Assembly (NCBI GenBank): GCA_910577555.1
Contig: CAJTLF010000009.1
Span: 4,709-68,708, forward strand
Length of the DNA: 64,000 bases
Reading direction: 5' to 3'
DNA from: an uncultured Christensenella sp.
GTDB taxonomy: Bacteria > Bacillota > Clostridia > Christensenellales > Borkfalkiaceae
In this document: positions 46,567 to 56,856 of the stretch, in pieces
How the letters are laid out: every line of letters begins with the position of its first letter
Numbering within the stretch: position 1 is the first letter of the stretch
Position numbers and translations under genes: made by a program
The notes under the pieces: model-generated
What the model was told of the DNA's origin: nothing
Database searches by the model: none
The model's input: only the letters and a program-made list of their open reading frames with translations

Positions 46567-47120
46567 TAATCTTTTACTCCGTATAATTTTTCAAGTTTGA
46601 CTTTGGAGCGCGCAAGCGCGTTCGATACGCTCTTTTGCGACTTTTCAAGCGTTTCCGATATTTCGCTTACGCCCATACCGTCAAGCCGCATAACCATTAC
46701 TTTAAATTCGAACGACGAAAGCGCTTTGGAAATTTTACGCAAAAACTCACGTCTGTTCTCGCTCTTTATGACTTCGTCTTCCGGCGTCGGGGTATACGCG
46801 TCAACGCCCACTTCCACTATGGGAACGAAATCGTTCAAAGCGGACTGCTTGTCGCCCACGCTCTTTTTAACGGCGTCGAGTACGGCGTTGCGCGCACACG
46901 CGTACGCATAGGTGGAAAAAACCGCGCCGCAACCGTCTTCAAACGAGTTTATAGCCGAATTGAGCCCCATCATTCCTTCCTGCTCCAAATCCTGCGCTTC
47001 GCCGCCGTGAATAAAAAAGCGGGCGGCAACGGATTTTACGAGCGGGGTATATTTGTTTAAAAGCCGCTCCCGCGCCCGTTTATCCGTGCGCGCGAGTACG
47101 GCGAGCTTTTCGTCCGTCAT
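46566..47120 (-). CDS. sigH: Sigma-70-family sigma factor, SigH-like by sequence and synteny
   Basis: Region 2 DLEQEGMMGL and a region 4 HTH at the C-terminus. Lies after mrnC-rlmB, as sigH does in Bacillus. 1-nt overlap with dnaX. Confidence 0.6.
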   Translation of the reverse strand: MTDEKLAVLARTDKRARERLLNKYTPLVKSVAARFFIHGGEAQDLEQEGMMGLNSAINSFEDGCGAVFSTYAYACARNAVLDAVKKSVGDKQSALNDFVPIVEVGVDAYTPTPEDEVIKSENRREFLRKISKALSSFEFKVMVMRLDGMGVSEISETLEKSQKSVSNALARSKVKLEKLYGVKD

Positions 47121-47824
47121 CTTCTTCTTTGTATTTCATATACGGCTATCCCGAGCGCGACCGACGCGTTGAGCGAGTTGACCTTACCCTTTAAAGGCAA
47201 CGCTACGCAATAATCGCATTTTTCGCGGATGAGCCGCCTTACGCCGCTGTCTTCGCCGCCGATAACCACGGCTACCTTGCCCGAAAAGTCCGTTTTGTAG
47301 ATATCTTCACCGTCCGCTTCGAGCGCGTAAAGCCAATAGCCCGCTTTTTTTAGTTCTTCAACAGCATAGCCGAGCGAATTTACCTTTGCTACTTTTATAT
47401 GCTCCGCCGCGCCCGCCGATATGCGGATTACCGCTTCGGTTACGCTTGCGGATTTGTTTGCGGGGATTATTACCCCGTCCGCGCCAGCGCACTCCGCTAC
47501 GCGGATTATAGAGCCGAGATTGTGCACGTCTTCTATACCGTCGCAAACCACTACGAGAGAATTTGCGTTCGCGCCTGAAGTCATCTCGTCCAGCGACGCG
47601 TAAGAATAATCGGTGGAAAAGGCGATTACGCCCTGATGACGCTTTTCTTCGCTCTCCTTATCAAGCACCTTTTTATCGACGAACTGGACGCGCGCGCCGC
47701 GTTTTCTCGCTTCGGCAAAAAGCGCGTTAAGACTGCCCTGCGGGTTTTTGACCATTAAAATTTTATCTATATTTTTATCCGTTTTCAAAAGCTCGAAAAC
47801 AGCGTTTCTGCCTTCCGTTTTCAT
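47117..47824 (-). CDS. rlmB: TrmH/SpoU-family 23S rRNA 2'-O-methyltransferase (RlmB-like)
   Basis: SpoU motifs DG..DVHNLGSIIR.A, V.GGE..G.. and LNASVA..I..YE. Confidence 0.8.
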   Translation of the reverse strand: MKTEGRNAVFELLKTDKNIDKILMVKNPQGSLNALFAEARKRGARVQFVDKKVLDKESEEKRHQGVIAFSTDYSYASLDEMTSGANANSLVVVCDGIEDVHNLGSIIRVAECAGADGVIIPANKSASVTEAVIRISAGAAEHIKVAKVNSLGYAVEELKKAGYWLYALEADGEDIYKTDFSGKVAVVIGGEDSGVRRLIREKCDYCVALPLKGKVNSLNASVALGIAVYEIQRRR

Positions 47825-48213
47825 TACTCTCCCCCAAGCAACTCTGCTATACGCTCGTATTCGCCGATTAAATAGAGATAACCTATCAACGCTTCGAGTC
47901 CCGTGGAATTATTGTATTCCGCGACGCTCGCACTCTTTGAACGGGTAGGTTTTTTTGCGTTTCTGCCCCGCTTGAATACCGCAAGCTCTTCTTCAGTTAA
48001 AACAGGCTGAATTTTTTCCAAAAGTAAATTCTGACCGCGCGCCGAGACCTTTTCGCACGAAAGCTTTTGCAACACTCCCGCAGAACAATCTTTTTCGAGA
48101 ACCAGCCCTTCCCTTACGAACAGGGAATACACCGCGTCGCCTAAAAACGCAAGCGTTACGGGGCTTAAATTGGCGGCTTTAACCTTATCTACCCTTTTAA
48201 AAAATTCCGACAT
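47824..48213 (-). CDS. mrnC: Mini-ribonuclease 3
   Basis: LAFLGDAVYSLFVRE RNase III-like signature. 129 aa. Synteny with rlmB. Confidence 0.8.
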   Translation of the reverse strand: MSEFFKRVDKVKAANLSPVTLAFLGDAVYSLFVREGLVLEKDCSAGVLQKLSCEKVSARGQNLLLEKIQPVLTEEELAVFKRGRNAKKPTRSKSASVAEYNNSTGLEALIGYLYLIGEYERIAELLGGE

Positions 48214-48272
48214 AATACTATTTTATTATAGCACTTAATCATAAAAAAAGCAATAATTCCATAGTATATAGC

Positions 48273-48962
48273 GTGAAATTAATCTTATTCAAAAAAAGTT
48301 TTGTTATTGCGCTTGCCGTAATACTCGCAAGCGGCGTTATTTTGGGCATATGTTGCGGTGTAGCGGCTAAAACCACGCTTGCAACGGCGGAAAAAGTTAT
48401 AGTTATAGACGCGGGACACGGCGGCATAGACGCGGGCGTCCGCGGCAAAAGCACCGGCGTGAAAGAGAGCGATATAAACCTTTCGATATCGAAAAAGCTT
48501 ATGGGCTACTTTGCCGACGCGGGGTTCGCCGTAGTGCTTACGCGGAAGAATAACGGCGGGCTTTACGGGCTTTCCACGAGCGGTTTTAAAATGCGCGATA
48601 TGAAAAAACGAAAGGAAATTATAGAGCAGAACAAAGCCGATATGGTCATATCCATACACCAGAATTTCTGCCCAATTCCCACGCGGCGCGGAGCGACGGT
48701 ATTTTTCGACAAGGCGAGCGAATGCGGCAAAAGTCTTGCCGACCAGATTCAAAGCTGTACGAACGATATGCCCGAATGCGTTAAGAAAAACACCGCGCTT
48801 GCGGGAGATTATTATATGCTCAAATGCACGCCCAATCCTTCCGTGATAGTCGAATGCGGCTTTCTATCCAACCCCGACGACGAAAAACTGCTTATTTCGG
48901 AAGAGTATCAGGACAAAATTGCTTACGCAATTTTTAAAGGCGCGGTTAAATATTACGCGTGA
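48273..48962 (+). CDS. cwlD: N-acetylmuramoyl-L-alanine amidase (Amidase_3; CwlD-like germination amidase)
   Basis: N-terminal TM, IDAGHGGIDAG, SIHQN and E.GFLSNP motifs. Confidence 0.7.
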   Translation: MKLILFKKSFVIALAVILASGVILGICCGVAAKTTLATAEKVIVIDAGHGGIDAGVRGKSTGVKESDINLSISKKLMGYFADAGFAVVLTRKNNGGLYGLSTSGFKMRDMKKRKEIIEQNKADMVISIHQNFCPIPTRRGATVFFDKASECGKSLADQIQSCTNDMPECVKKNTALAGDYYMLKCTPNPSVIVECGFLSNPDDEKLLISEEYQDKIAYAIFKGAVKYYA

Positions 48963-48976
48963 TTTTTAGCGATAGA

Positions 48977-49010
48977 AACGGCGCAGACTTTCCGTCTGCG
49001 CCGTTTTAAG
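48977..49010. terminator. Bidirectional intrinsic terminator
   Basis: AAACGGCGCAGAC-tttcc-GTCTGCGCCGTTT-t between convergent cwlD and pflB. Confidence 0.8.
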
Positions 49011-49018
49011 TCGTTTAT

Positions 49019-51265
49019 TTAAAATCTCGTGTGAATGGTTCTTGAAATTACGTCGTTCTGCTGTTCGCGCGTGAGCTTGTTGAAATTTACCGCATAGCCC
49101 GAAACTCTTATTGTGAGCTGGGGATATTTTTCGGGGTGAGCCTGTGCATCCAGAAGGGTATCGCGGTTGAATACGTTTACGTTTAAATGATATCCGCCGT
49201 CCGAAACGTAACCGTCTAAAAGACCGACAAGATTGTTAACCCTTTCTTCCTTGCCGAGAGATTCGGGCGTAACGGAGAAAGTATTCGATATTCCGTCGCG
49301 CGAATACTCGTAGGGCAGCTTTGCAACGCTTTCGAGCGACGCGAGCGCGCCGCAACAGTCTCTGCCGTGCATAGGGTTCGCACCGGGTGCGAGCGGCTGC
49401 CCCGCCCTTCTGCCGTCCGGAGTGTTGCCCGTATTTTTACCGTAAACGACGTTGCTCGTTATGGTCAGAATGGACATAGTAGGCACGCTTTCGCGGTAAG
49501 TATAGTGACTCTTGATTTTGTTCATAAAGGTCTTTACGAGCCAAACCGCAAGCTCGTCCACCCTGTCGTCGTTGTTGCCGTATTTGGGATAGTCGCCTTC
49601 TATTTTAAAGTCGGTCACTATGCCGTCCGCATTTCTTACGGGGTAAACGCTTGCATACTTAATTGCCGAAAGCGAATCCGCCGCGCAGGAAAGACCGGCA
49701 ACGCCCGTTGCGAAGAAACGGCGGACCTGAGTGTCGTGCAACGCCATTTCGAGAGCTTCGTAACTGTATTTATCGTGCATATAATGGATGAGATTTAGTA
49801 CGTTTACGTACAGTCCCGCGAGCCAGTCCATCATCTGCTCGAATTTCTGCTTTACGTCGTTAAAGTCGAGCTTGCCGTCCCCTTCGACAGCCGCAAACAC
49901 GGGCGAAACCTGCATGGGATTTCCCGCTTTATCCTTGATAATCTCGTCCTTGCCGCCGTTGATTGCGTATAAAAGGCACTTTGCAAGATTGGCGCGCGCA
50001 CCGAAAAACTGCATATCCTTGCCGACGCGCATACCGCTTACGCAACACGCGATGCAATAGTCGTCGCCGAGTTCGGGACGCATAAGGTCGTCGCTCTCGT
50101 ACTGGATTGCCGAAGTTTTGATAGATAAATCGGCGCAGAAATTTTTAAAGCCTTCGGGAAGGCGTTTGCTCCACAGCACGGTAAGATTGGGTTCGGGAGC
50201 CGGTCCGAGATTGGTGAGCGTATGCAAAATTCTGAACGCGGTTTTGGTGACGAGCGTTCTGCCGTCCACGCCCATACCGCCTATACTTTCGGTAACCCAA
50301 GTAGGGTCGCCCGAGAAAAGCTCGTTATACTCCTTAGTACGCATAAATTTGACTATGCGGAGCTTCATTACGAAATGGTCGATAAGCTCCTGCGCCTGCG
50401 CTTCCGTAAGAGTTCCGTTTGCGATATCGCGCGAGATATAAATATCAAGAAAAGTAGAGTTTCTGCCTATGGACATCGCCGCGCCGTTCTGGTCCTTTAC
50501 CGCGGCGAGATAGCCGAAATACAGAGCCTGTACCGCCTGTTGCGCCGTTTGCGCGGGTTGGGAAATATCCAGACCGTAAATTTCAGCCAAGCCCTTTAAC
50601 GCCTTTAACGCCTTTATCTGTTCGGACAGCTCTTCCCTGTCGCGCACCTTGTCGGGCGTCATATCCCCGTCCATATTTAGCTTGTCCAGTTCCTTTTGAG
50701 AAATTAAATAATCAACGCCGTACAGAGCCACGCGGCGGTAGTCGCCTACTATTCTGCCCCTGCCGTAAGTATCGGGCAAGCCAGTGAGTATATGCGCCTT
50801 GCGCGCGCGGCGCATTTCGGGCGTGTAAGCGTCGTATACGCCGTCGTTATGCGTCTTGCGGTAATTGCCGAACACACGCTTTACTTCGGGGTCGAGCTCG
50901 TAGCCGTACATATTGAGAGCCTGCTCCGCCATTTTTATTCCGCCGAAAGGCTGAAGGGCGCGTTTGAAAGGCTCGTCCGTCTGCAAACCGACGATTTTTT
51001 CAAGCTTTTTATCGATATATCCCGCGCCGTGGGAGAGCAGGGTTGAAACGGTTTTGGTATCGGCGTTTAAAACGCCTCCCGCTTCGCGTTCCTTTTTTGA
51101 AAGTTCGCATATTTCGTTCCAGAGCTTTTTTGTCGCGTCGGTTGCGGGCGCGAGAAATTGCCCGTCGCCTTCATACGGGGTATAGTTGCGTTGAATGAAA
51201 TCTCTTACGTCTACTTCTTCACTCCATTTGCCAAGGTTGAAGCCTTCCCATGCCTTGCAGTTCAT
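49019..51265 (-). CDS. pflB: Formate C-acetyltransferase (pyruvate formate-lyase)
   Basis: Active-site ACCVSGM. Glycyl-radical motif TIRVSGYAV near the C-terminus. 748 aa. Confidence 0.92.
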   Translation of the reverse strand: MNCKAWEGFNLGKWSEEVDVRDFIQRNYTPYEGDGQFLAPATDATKKLWNEICELSKKEREAGGVLNADTKTVSTLLSHGAGYIDKKLEKIVGLQTDEPFKRALQPFGGIKMAEQALNMYGYELDPEVKRVFGNYRKTHNDGVYDAYTPEMRRARKAHILTGLPDTYGRGRIVGDYRRVALYGVDYLISQKELDKLNMDGDMTPDKVRDREELSEQIKALKALKGLAEIYGLDISQPAQTAQQAVQALYFGYLAAVKDQNGAAMSIGRNSTFLDIYISRDIANGTLTEAQAQELIDHFVMKLRIVKFMRTKEYNELFSGDPTWVTESIGGMGVDGRTLVTKTAFRILHTLTNLGPAPEPNLTVLWSKRLPEGFKNFCADLSIKTSAIQYESDDLMRPELGDDYCIACCVSGMRVGKDMQFFGARANLAKCLLYAINGGKDEIIKDKAGNPMQVSPVFAAVEGDGKLDFNDVKQKFEQMMDWLAGLYVNVLNLIHYMHDKYSYEALEMALHDTQVRRFFATGVAGLSCAADSLSAIKYASVYPVRNADGIVTDFKIEGDYPKYGNNDDRVDELAVWLVKTFMNKIKSHYTYRESVPTMSILTITSNVVYGKNTGNTPDGRRAGQPLAPGANPMHGRDCCGALASLESVAKLPYEYSRDGISNTFSVTPESLGKEERVNNLVGLLDGYVSDGGYHLNVNVFNRDTLLDAQAHPEKYPQLTIRVSGYAVNFNKLTREQQNDVISRTIHTRF

Positions 51266-51996
51266 AGTTTTATCTCCGTTAAAATGTTTTTTGCGTTTAA
51301 AATCCGCTCTTTTGCGGGCGGTTGGATATCTTTTAACATATAATCCAAGCCGAGCTTTTCATACTTTACTACCCCGAGCGTGTGATAGGGCAATACTTCC
51401 ACTTTTTTTACTGTTTTCAAGCCGTCTATAAACTCGCGAAGCTTATAAAGATATTCGTCTTTATCGGTAATTTCGGGAACGAGTACGTGCCTTATCCATA
51501 TATCTTTTCCCGTTTCGGACAAATATTTGGCGAAAGCGAGCGTATTTTTATTTGATTTGCCCGTAAGCTTTATATGCCCGTCTTCGTCGACGTGCTTTAT
51601 ATCGAGCAAAACCAAATCGGTATATTCCAACAGCTTTGCATGTCTTTTTATATTATTTTCGTCATCTGCGCAGAAAGTTATACCCGAAGTATCGAGCGCG
51701 GTGTGAATTCCTTCCGACTTTAAAATTTTGAAAAATTCGGTGACGAATTCAAGCTGCAACAGCGGTTCGCCGCCAGAGACGGTGACTCCGCCGTTTTTAA
51801 TATAACTCTTATATCTGAGCGCGGTTGCGGCAAGCTCATCCGCAGAAATTTCTTTACCGCCGCTAAAAGTCCATGTGTCGGGGTTATGGCAGTAACGGCA
51901 TCTCAGCGGACAACCCTGCATAAAGGCGACGAACCTGATGCCGGGACCGTCTACCGTGCCGAAGCTTTCTATAGAATGAATACGACCTTTTTCCAT
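51262..51996 (-). CDS. pflA: Pyruvate formate-lyase activating enzyme (radical SAM)
   Basis: [11 protein letters not shown] CxxxCxxC cluster motif, GGVT.SGGEP. 4-nt overlap with pflB. Confidence 0.9.
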   Translation of the reverse strand: MEKGRIHSIESFGTVDGPGIRFVAFMQGCPLRCRYCHNPDTWTFSGGKEISADELAATALRYKSYIKNGGVTVSGGEPLLQLEFVTEFFKILKSEGIHTALDTSGITFCADDENNIKRHAKLLEYTDLVLLDIKHVDEDGHIKLTGKSNKNTLAFAKYLSETGKDIWIRHVLVPEITDKDEYLYKLREFIDGLKTVKKVEVLPYHTLGVVKYEKLGLDYMLKDIQPPAKERILNAKNILTEIKL

Positions 51997-52045
51997 TACG
52001 CCCCCCTTTCAAATTTTCAAACTGCCGTGCTGTAACTTTAAGGGT

Positions 52046-52144
52046 AAAAAAACGGGCTATTAAAAATAGCCCAGACGAACGACCTGCGTAACCTTACGCG
52101 GTTTCCTTGCGTTAATTCGCAGAAATTCGTCAGTCGCCGCGCGG
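52046..52144 (-). ncRNA. ZTP riboswitch (pfl motif) with intrinsic-terminator expression platform
   Basis: Minus-strand RNA: CCGCGCGG-CGACUGACGAAUUUC-UGCG-AAUUAA-CGCA-AGGAAA-CCGCG..GGUCGUUCGUCUGGGCUAU-UUUUA-AUAGCCC-GUUUUUUU. Conserved blocks GACUGaCG and CGuCUGGGC are present. The pseudoknot partners co-vary (GACGAA/UUCGUC). P1 is CGCGG/CCGCG and P2 is UGCG/CGCA. The 5' arm of the terminator overlaps the conserved UGGGC. It sits upstream of pfl genes. Confidence 0.8.
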
Positions 52145-52164
52145 TTTTTTAGTTTTGGAATTAT

Positions 52165-52193
52165 ATTATAACAATCCCGATTGCATTTGTCAA
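52165..52193 (-). promoter_or_regulatory. Consensus sigma-A promoter (extended -10) driving the riboswitch-pflA-pflB transcript
   Basis: Minus strand: TTGACA (52193-52188), 17 nt ending TGt, TATAAT (52170-52165). Confidence 0.7.
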
Positions 52194-52282
52194 CAGTTTA
52201 AACACTAAATGTTGTATAATTGAAAAATTATCCAACACAAGATATTGTATTCCTTTTACGAAAGAAACGAACGATTTTTGAA

Positions 52283-52963
52283 TTAAAGCAACAATAACAG
52301 AAGGCTTGCAAATTGCAAAGCGGTACCCGCGACGTCGAAAAGGTGCCATACCGAATGAAAATACTTTATTTTTTTACCGAGAGCGTAAAAGATTATACCG
52401 AGCGTATAAGCCAGTCCGCCCGCGAGCAATAAAACAAACTCTGCGAGAGTGAGATTCCGGAACAATTCGCCGAACGCAATTAAAATGAGCCAGCCCATAA
52501 CGCAATAGAACGCCATGGAAATGCCCTTAATTACTTTATTATTCATTGCTATTGCGTTGCCCGTTATGCCGAGAACGGCAAGCACCCACTCGATTACGAG
52601 TATTACTATGCCCGTTGTGGAAAGCCCCAGAGCAATTACGCAGAACGGCGTGTAAGTGCCTGCAATAAGCAAGAATATTGTACAGTGGTCGAATATGCGA
52701 AAGACCTTTTTGCCGCCGCCGCGCGGAAGGAAGTGATAAAGCGCGCTCATAGTATACAGCACGATTACGCTCACGCCGAACGCCGCCACCGACGCCATAT
52801 AGCCCGCGTTCGGATACGCGTATATAAGTAAGGTTACAAGCGCGGCAAGCCCGAGCGCACCGCCTACGATATGAGAAACGGCGTTGAAAATTTCTTCGCC
52901 TTTGGTATATTCGGGCGCGAGTTTATTTATACGCACCGCGGGATATGTTGCAGTTTTACCCAT
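52283..52963 (-). CDS. Hemolysin III / PAQR-family membrane protein
   Basis: 7 TM. N-terminal EE..N..SH..G and C-terminal H....H.F.. motifs typical of the family. Confidence 0.8.
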   Translation of the reverse strand: MGKTATYPAVRINKLAPEYTKGEEIFNAVSHIVGGALGLAALVTLLIYAYPNAGYMASVAAFGVSVIVLYTMSALYHFLPRGGGKKVFRIFDHCTIFLLIAGTYTPFCVIALGLSTTGIVILVIEWVLAVLGITGNAIAMNNKVIKGISMAFYCVMGWLILIAFGELFRNLTLAEFVLLLAGGLAYTLGIIFYALGKKIKYFHSVWHLFDVAGTALQFASLLLLLL

Positions 52964-53161
52964 TTTTTACCGCCTTTTAATAATTATCAATTCTAATTAT
53001 ATACGGTTTGCGCTGAAGGTAAACCTACTTTTAAGCGGGCTTGCTATACTCATATTTTCAACCGCTCTACTTCATTTGAAAAACGCTCTACCGTAAGTAG
53101 AATAAAAGAAAAAAGCCCCGAAATGACGTCTGCCAAAGAGATTTTTTCGCGGTAAAATAAA

Positions 53162-53198
53162 TATCCCGCCGTTTTCGCAAGCGAAGTTCGGCGGGATA
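53162..53198 (-). terminator. Intrinsic terminator after clpC
   Basis: TATCCCGCC...GGCGGGATA 9-bp stem with a 19-nt loop, followed on the minus strand by TTATTTT. Confidence 0.55.
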
Positions 53199-53292
53199 TA
53201 CTTTTTAAATTTTGGACTTTAAATTGAAATTTATAGCCTAATTTACAAGAAAATATTTTCCTGTTTTAGTTTTAGCCGTTAACGAACAACCA

Positions 53293-55797
53293 TTATTTAT
53301 CCGAACGGAACACGAATTCGCCGTCCTTTACGTCTACGGTTACGGTTTCGCCAGCGACTACCCTGCCCGCCAGAATTTCGTCCGAAAGCCTGTCTTCAAT
53401 CCGCTTTTGCACGGTGCGCTTGAGCGGGCGCGCGCCGTACATATCGTTGTAACCTTCGTCGAGAATTTTATCCATAGCCGCGTCCGAAATTTTAAGGGAA
53501 ATTTCCTTATCCTTTAACCTTTCGGAAAGCGAGCTTATTATCTTGCGGCAGATTTGACCCGCTTCTTCCTTGGTGAGCTTGCGGAAGATAATTATATCGT
53601 CAAGCCTGTTTAAAAATTCGGGTTTGAACTGCTCTTTCAACGCTTCGTTGATATTGTCCTTCATATTGTCGTAACCCGCGTCCGCTTCGTCACCCGACGA
53701 GAAACCGAAGTTAGACATCTTCTTTATCTGGCTTGCGCCGACGTTGGAGGTCATTATTATTATAGTGTTTTTAAAGTTGATTACCCTGCCCTTACTGTCG
53801 GTCAATCTTCCGTCGTCGAGTATCTGCAACAGTACGTTGAACACGTCGGGATGGGCTTTTTCAACTTCGTCGAACAGGACCACCGAGTATGGCTTTCTTC
53901 TCACCCTTTCGGTGAGCTGACCGCCGTTGGAATCGTCGTAACCTATATATCCCGGGGGCGCGCCTATGAGTTTGGATACGGAGTGCTTTTCCATAAACTC
54001 CGACATATCCATACGAATCATAAGTTTTTCGTCGCCGAACATAGCTTCCGCAAGAGCCTTTGCAAGGTCGGTTTTACCTACGCCCGTAGGACCTACGAAG
54101 ATGAAACTGCCTATCGGTTTATTGGGTTCGTTAAGCCCCGCGCGGGCGCGGCGTATGGCTCTTGCTACGGCTGAAACGGCTTCGTCCTGCCCTATTATGC
54201 GCTTGTGCAGGTTTTCTTCGAGATGCAAGAGCTTTTCGCTCTCCTGCTCGGTGAGTTTAACTACGGGAACGCCCGTCCAGCCGCTTACGATATCCGCGAT
54301 TTCGTTCGCGCCTATATTGGGGGCAACCGCCTGTTTTTCGCTCTTCCACTCGGTATTGAGCTTACTTATTTTCTCCTGCACTTCGTTCATCTCTTCGACG
54401 AGCTTTTGCGCCTGAGTATAATTTTCGCCCTTTGCCGCCTTGTTTTTTTCGAGCTGCAATCTTTTAAGACGTTCTTCAAGCTCCTTTACTTCGTCGGGAC
54501 TCTTTAAAGAATTCAATCTCGCGCGCGACGCGGCTTCGTCTATAAGGTCGATTGCCTTATCGGGCAAAAATCTGTCCGTTATATACCTGTCGGAAAGAGT
54601 TGCGGCGGCGGTTATAGCATCATCGGTGATTACGACTTTATGGTGAGCTTCGTATTTATCGCGCAGTCCGCGGAGTATCTCAATCGTGTCTTCCACGGTA
54701 GGCTCGTCAACCTGCACGGGGGTAAATCTTCTCTCGAGCGCGGCGTCCTTTTCCACGTATTTTCTGTACTCTTCGAGAGTGGTCGCGCCTATCGTCTGCA
54801 ATTCGCCGCGGGCAAGCATGGGTTTTAAGATATTAGCCGCGTCCATATTGCCTTCCGACGTTGCTCCCGCGCCCACTATCTGGTGGATTTCGTCGATAAA
54901 CATTATCACGTTGCCGCTGTTTTTTATGGAAGTAATGGCGTTTTTAAGGCGTTCTTCAAAGTCGCCGCGGTACTTCGCACCCGCAATCATTCCCGCCAAA
55001 TCGAGAGAGAAAACTATTTTATCCTTTAAAAGGTCGGGAACTTCGTTTTTTACGATTGCCTGAGCCAGCCCTTCGACCACCGCCGACTTACCTACGCCCG
55101 GCTCGCCTATAAGCACGGGATTATTTTTTGTGCGGCGGGAAAGCACCTGAATTATTTTATCGATTTCCTTTTTTCTGCCTATTACGGGGTCGATTTTCCC
55201 TTCGCGCGCCTTTTGCGTAAGGTCACTGCCGTACTGCAGCACGGACTTGTCGAGCGACGGCGCGTGCTTGCCTTCCTTGGGCTTTTGCGCATTTTTGGTA
55301 GCCGCACCGAAGAATGACGCAAACTCCTTGAACGGGTCTTCTTCGTCGTCTTCGTCCGAATCGTTGAAACCGCCCGTAATTGCAAGCTCCACCTTGCTTG
55401 CAAGCGCGGGCATATTTACGCCTATTGCGCGGAGAATGTTCATTGCGTAGCAGTCGGCGGACGACATTATCGCAAGCAACATATGCTCCGTACCCGCAAG
55501 CCCGTCTTCGCCCATATCCATCGATATTTCTATCGCGCGCTGAATCATATGCTTAGTGCGCGGGGTGAAGCCGTTTATGTTCGAACGGGAATCTATCGAG
55601 CGCGAGAAAAATACTCGGTATTCGGGTTCTTTCGCTCCGCAGGATATTAAAAGCTTGTTGGCGGTACAGTCGCAATTGAGCATGGCGAAAACGATATGCT
55701 CGCTGCCGATATAAGTACTGCCGTATATTTTAGCCGCTTCTTCGGCGGTTTGCATTACTTTTTGTAGATTATCTGTAAATCTGTTAATGAAATCCAT
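53293..55797 (-). CDS. clpC: ATP-dependent Clp protease ATP-binding subunit ClpC
   Basis: Two Clp_N repeats, two AAA+ modules (GEPGVGKS, GPTGVGKT), a middle coiled-coil linker and the ClpB_D2-small tail. Confidence 0.92.
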   Translation of the reverse strand: MDFINRFTDNLQKVMQTAEEAAKIYGSTYIGSEHIVFAMLNCDCTANKLLISCGAKEPEYRVFFSRSIDSRSNINGFTPRTKHMIQRAIEISMDMGEDGLAGTEHMLLAIMSSADCYAMNILRAIGVNMPALASKVELAITGGFNDSDEDDEEDPFKEFASFFGAATKNAQKPKEGKHAPSLDKSVLQYGSDLTQKAREGKIDPVIGRKKEIDKIIQVLSRRTKNNPVLIGEPGVGKSAVVEGLAQAIVKNEVPDLLKDKIVFSLDLAGMIAGAKYRGDFEERLKNAITSIKNSGNVIMFIDEIHQIVGAGATSEGNMDAANILKPMLARGELQTIGATTLEEYRKYVEKDAALERRFTPVQVDEPTVEDTIEILRGLRDKYEAHHKVVITDDAITAAATLSDRYITDRFLPDKAIDLIDEAASRARLNSLKSPDEVKELEERLKRLQLEKNKAAKGENYTQAQKLVEEMNEVQEKISKLNTEWKSEKQAVAPNIGANEIADIVSGWTGVPVVKLTEQESEKLLHLEENLHKRIIGQDEAVSAVARAIRRARAGLNEPNKPIGSFIFVGPTGVGKTDLAKALAEAMFGDEKLMIRMDMSEFMEKHSVSKLIGAPPGYIGYDDSNGGQLTERVRRKPYSVVLFDEVEKAHPDVFNVLLQILDDGRLTDSKGRVINFKNTIIIMTSNVGASQIKKMSNFGFSSGDEADAGYDNMKDNINEALKEQFKPEFLNRLDDIIIFRKLTKEEAGQICRKIISSLSERLKDKEISLKISDAAMDKILDEGYNDMYGARPLKRTVQKRIEDRLSDEILAGRVVAGETVTVDVKDGEFVFRSDK

Positions 55798-55845
55798 ATT
55801 TATTCTCCTTATATATAGGATTAAACGTGTAAAAAAAGGTTAAAG

Positions 55846-56856
55846 CTACCTGTTTTCGACTATTTTTCTTAAATACTTGCCCACGTATTGAGCGCGGTAA
55901 GCGTCGCGTTCGGTAGGCGTCAACTCCCTGTCCGACGCTGCGTTTACGTTTGACGGACGCATTTTTACGAGCAATTCGTCTATTTGCGTCACGTCGTCGA
56001 GTTTGATATACCCGAGACACGCCGCGAGTTTTACGCCCGCCGCGTACTTGACGAGTTCCTCGGTGGAAAGCTTGGCGCAGTTGGTGAGTATGCCGTACGA
56101 CCTTAAACACTCGTCCCTTACGTCCAGAGCGTCGGGTCCGTTTTTAAGGTTTTCGCGCTCGGCAGTTTCCAAATCGCACACCTTTTTAACCGTTTCTTCC
56201 ACCTGTTGGATTATCTCTTCTTCAGTTACGCCGAGCGTCACTTCGTTGCTTATCTGATAGATATACCCTTCCGCGCGACTGCCTTCTCCGTAAATACCGC
56301 GAACGGTAAGCCCCAACCTTGCCACCGCTTTAATTACCCGCGGCATAAGACCGTTTATAGTTAAAGCGGGCAAAAAGAGCATTACCGATGCCCTTAACCC
56401 CGTACCCAGATTAGTAGGGCAAGCGGTTAAAAACCCGAGCTGTTCGTCGTAAGCAAATTTCATCGAACGGGATATTCTGCCGTCGATTTCGGACATGGTT
56501 TCGTAAGCCAACTGCAAATCGAGCCCCTTTACTATGCACTGTTCGCGCAAATGGTCTTCTTCATTAATCATAATAGAAACGCTTTCTTCGCGGTTTATGA
56601 GCGCCGCCGCGCCGCGTTTGGTTATTATGTTGGGACTTATGAGATGATTTTCCTTTAAAGAAAGGGCTTCCGCTTCGGACAAATTGTCCATATAATATAT
56701 TTTAAATTCGTCAAGACGGGCAAGTCCCGAAGTTACGAGCCGTATTACGTCCTTAGCCTGTTTTTCGTTTTTAAGGTGAGATGGGAAAGGATAGCCTTCC
56801 ACGTTGCGCGCAAGCCTTATACGGGTGGAAACGACTATTTTCGATGCGTCAGTCAT
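55846..56856 (-). CDS. mcsB: Protein arginine kinase McsB
   Basis: Guanidino-kinase signature CPTNLGTGLRASV. 8-nt overlap with mcsA. Confidence 0.9.
   Translation of the reverse strand: MTDASKIVVSTRIRLARNVEGYPFPSHLKNEKQAKDVIRLVTSGLARLDEFKIYYMDNLSEAEALSLKENHLISPNIITKRGAAALINREESVSIMINEEDHLREQCIVKGLDLQLAYETMSEIDGRISRSMKFAYDEQLGFLTACPTNLGTGLRASVMLFLPALTINGLMPRVIKAVARLGLTVRGIYGEGSRAEGYIYQISNEVTLGVTEEEIIQQVEETVKKVCDLETAERENLKNGPDALDVRDECLRSYGILTNCAKLSTEELVKYAAGVKLAACLGYIKLDDVTQIDELLVKMRPSNVNAASDRELTPTERDAYRAQYVGKYLRKIVENR

Noticed and set aside
52964-53292. Possible sRNA in the 329-nt spacer between clpC and the hemolysin III gene (7-bp inverted repeat TCTACTT/AAGTAGA; repeated GTAGAGCG).
   Set aside because: The region is adequately explained by the clpC terminator plus the promoter and 5' UTR of the next gene. 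The small repeats are weak, and there is no independent promoter-terminator pair.
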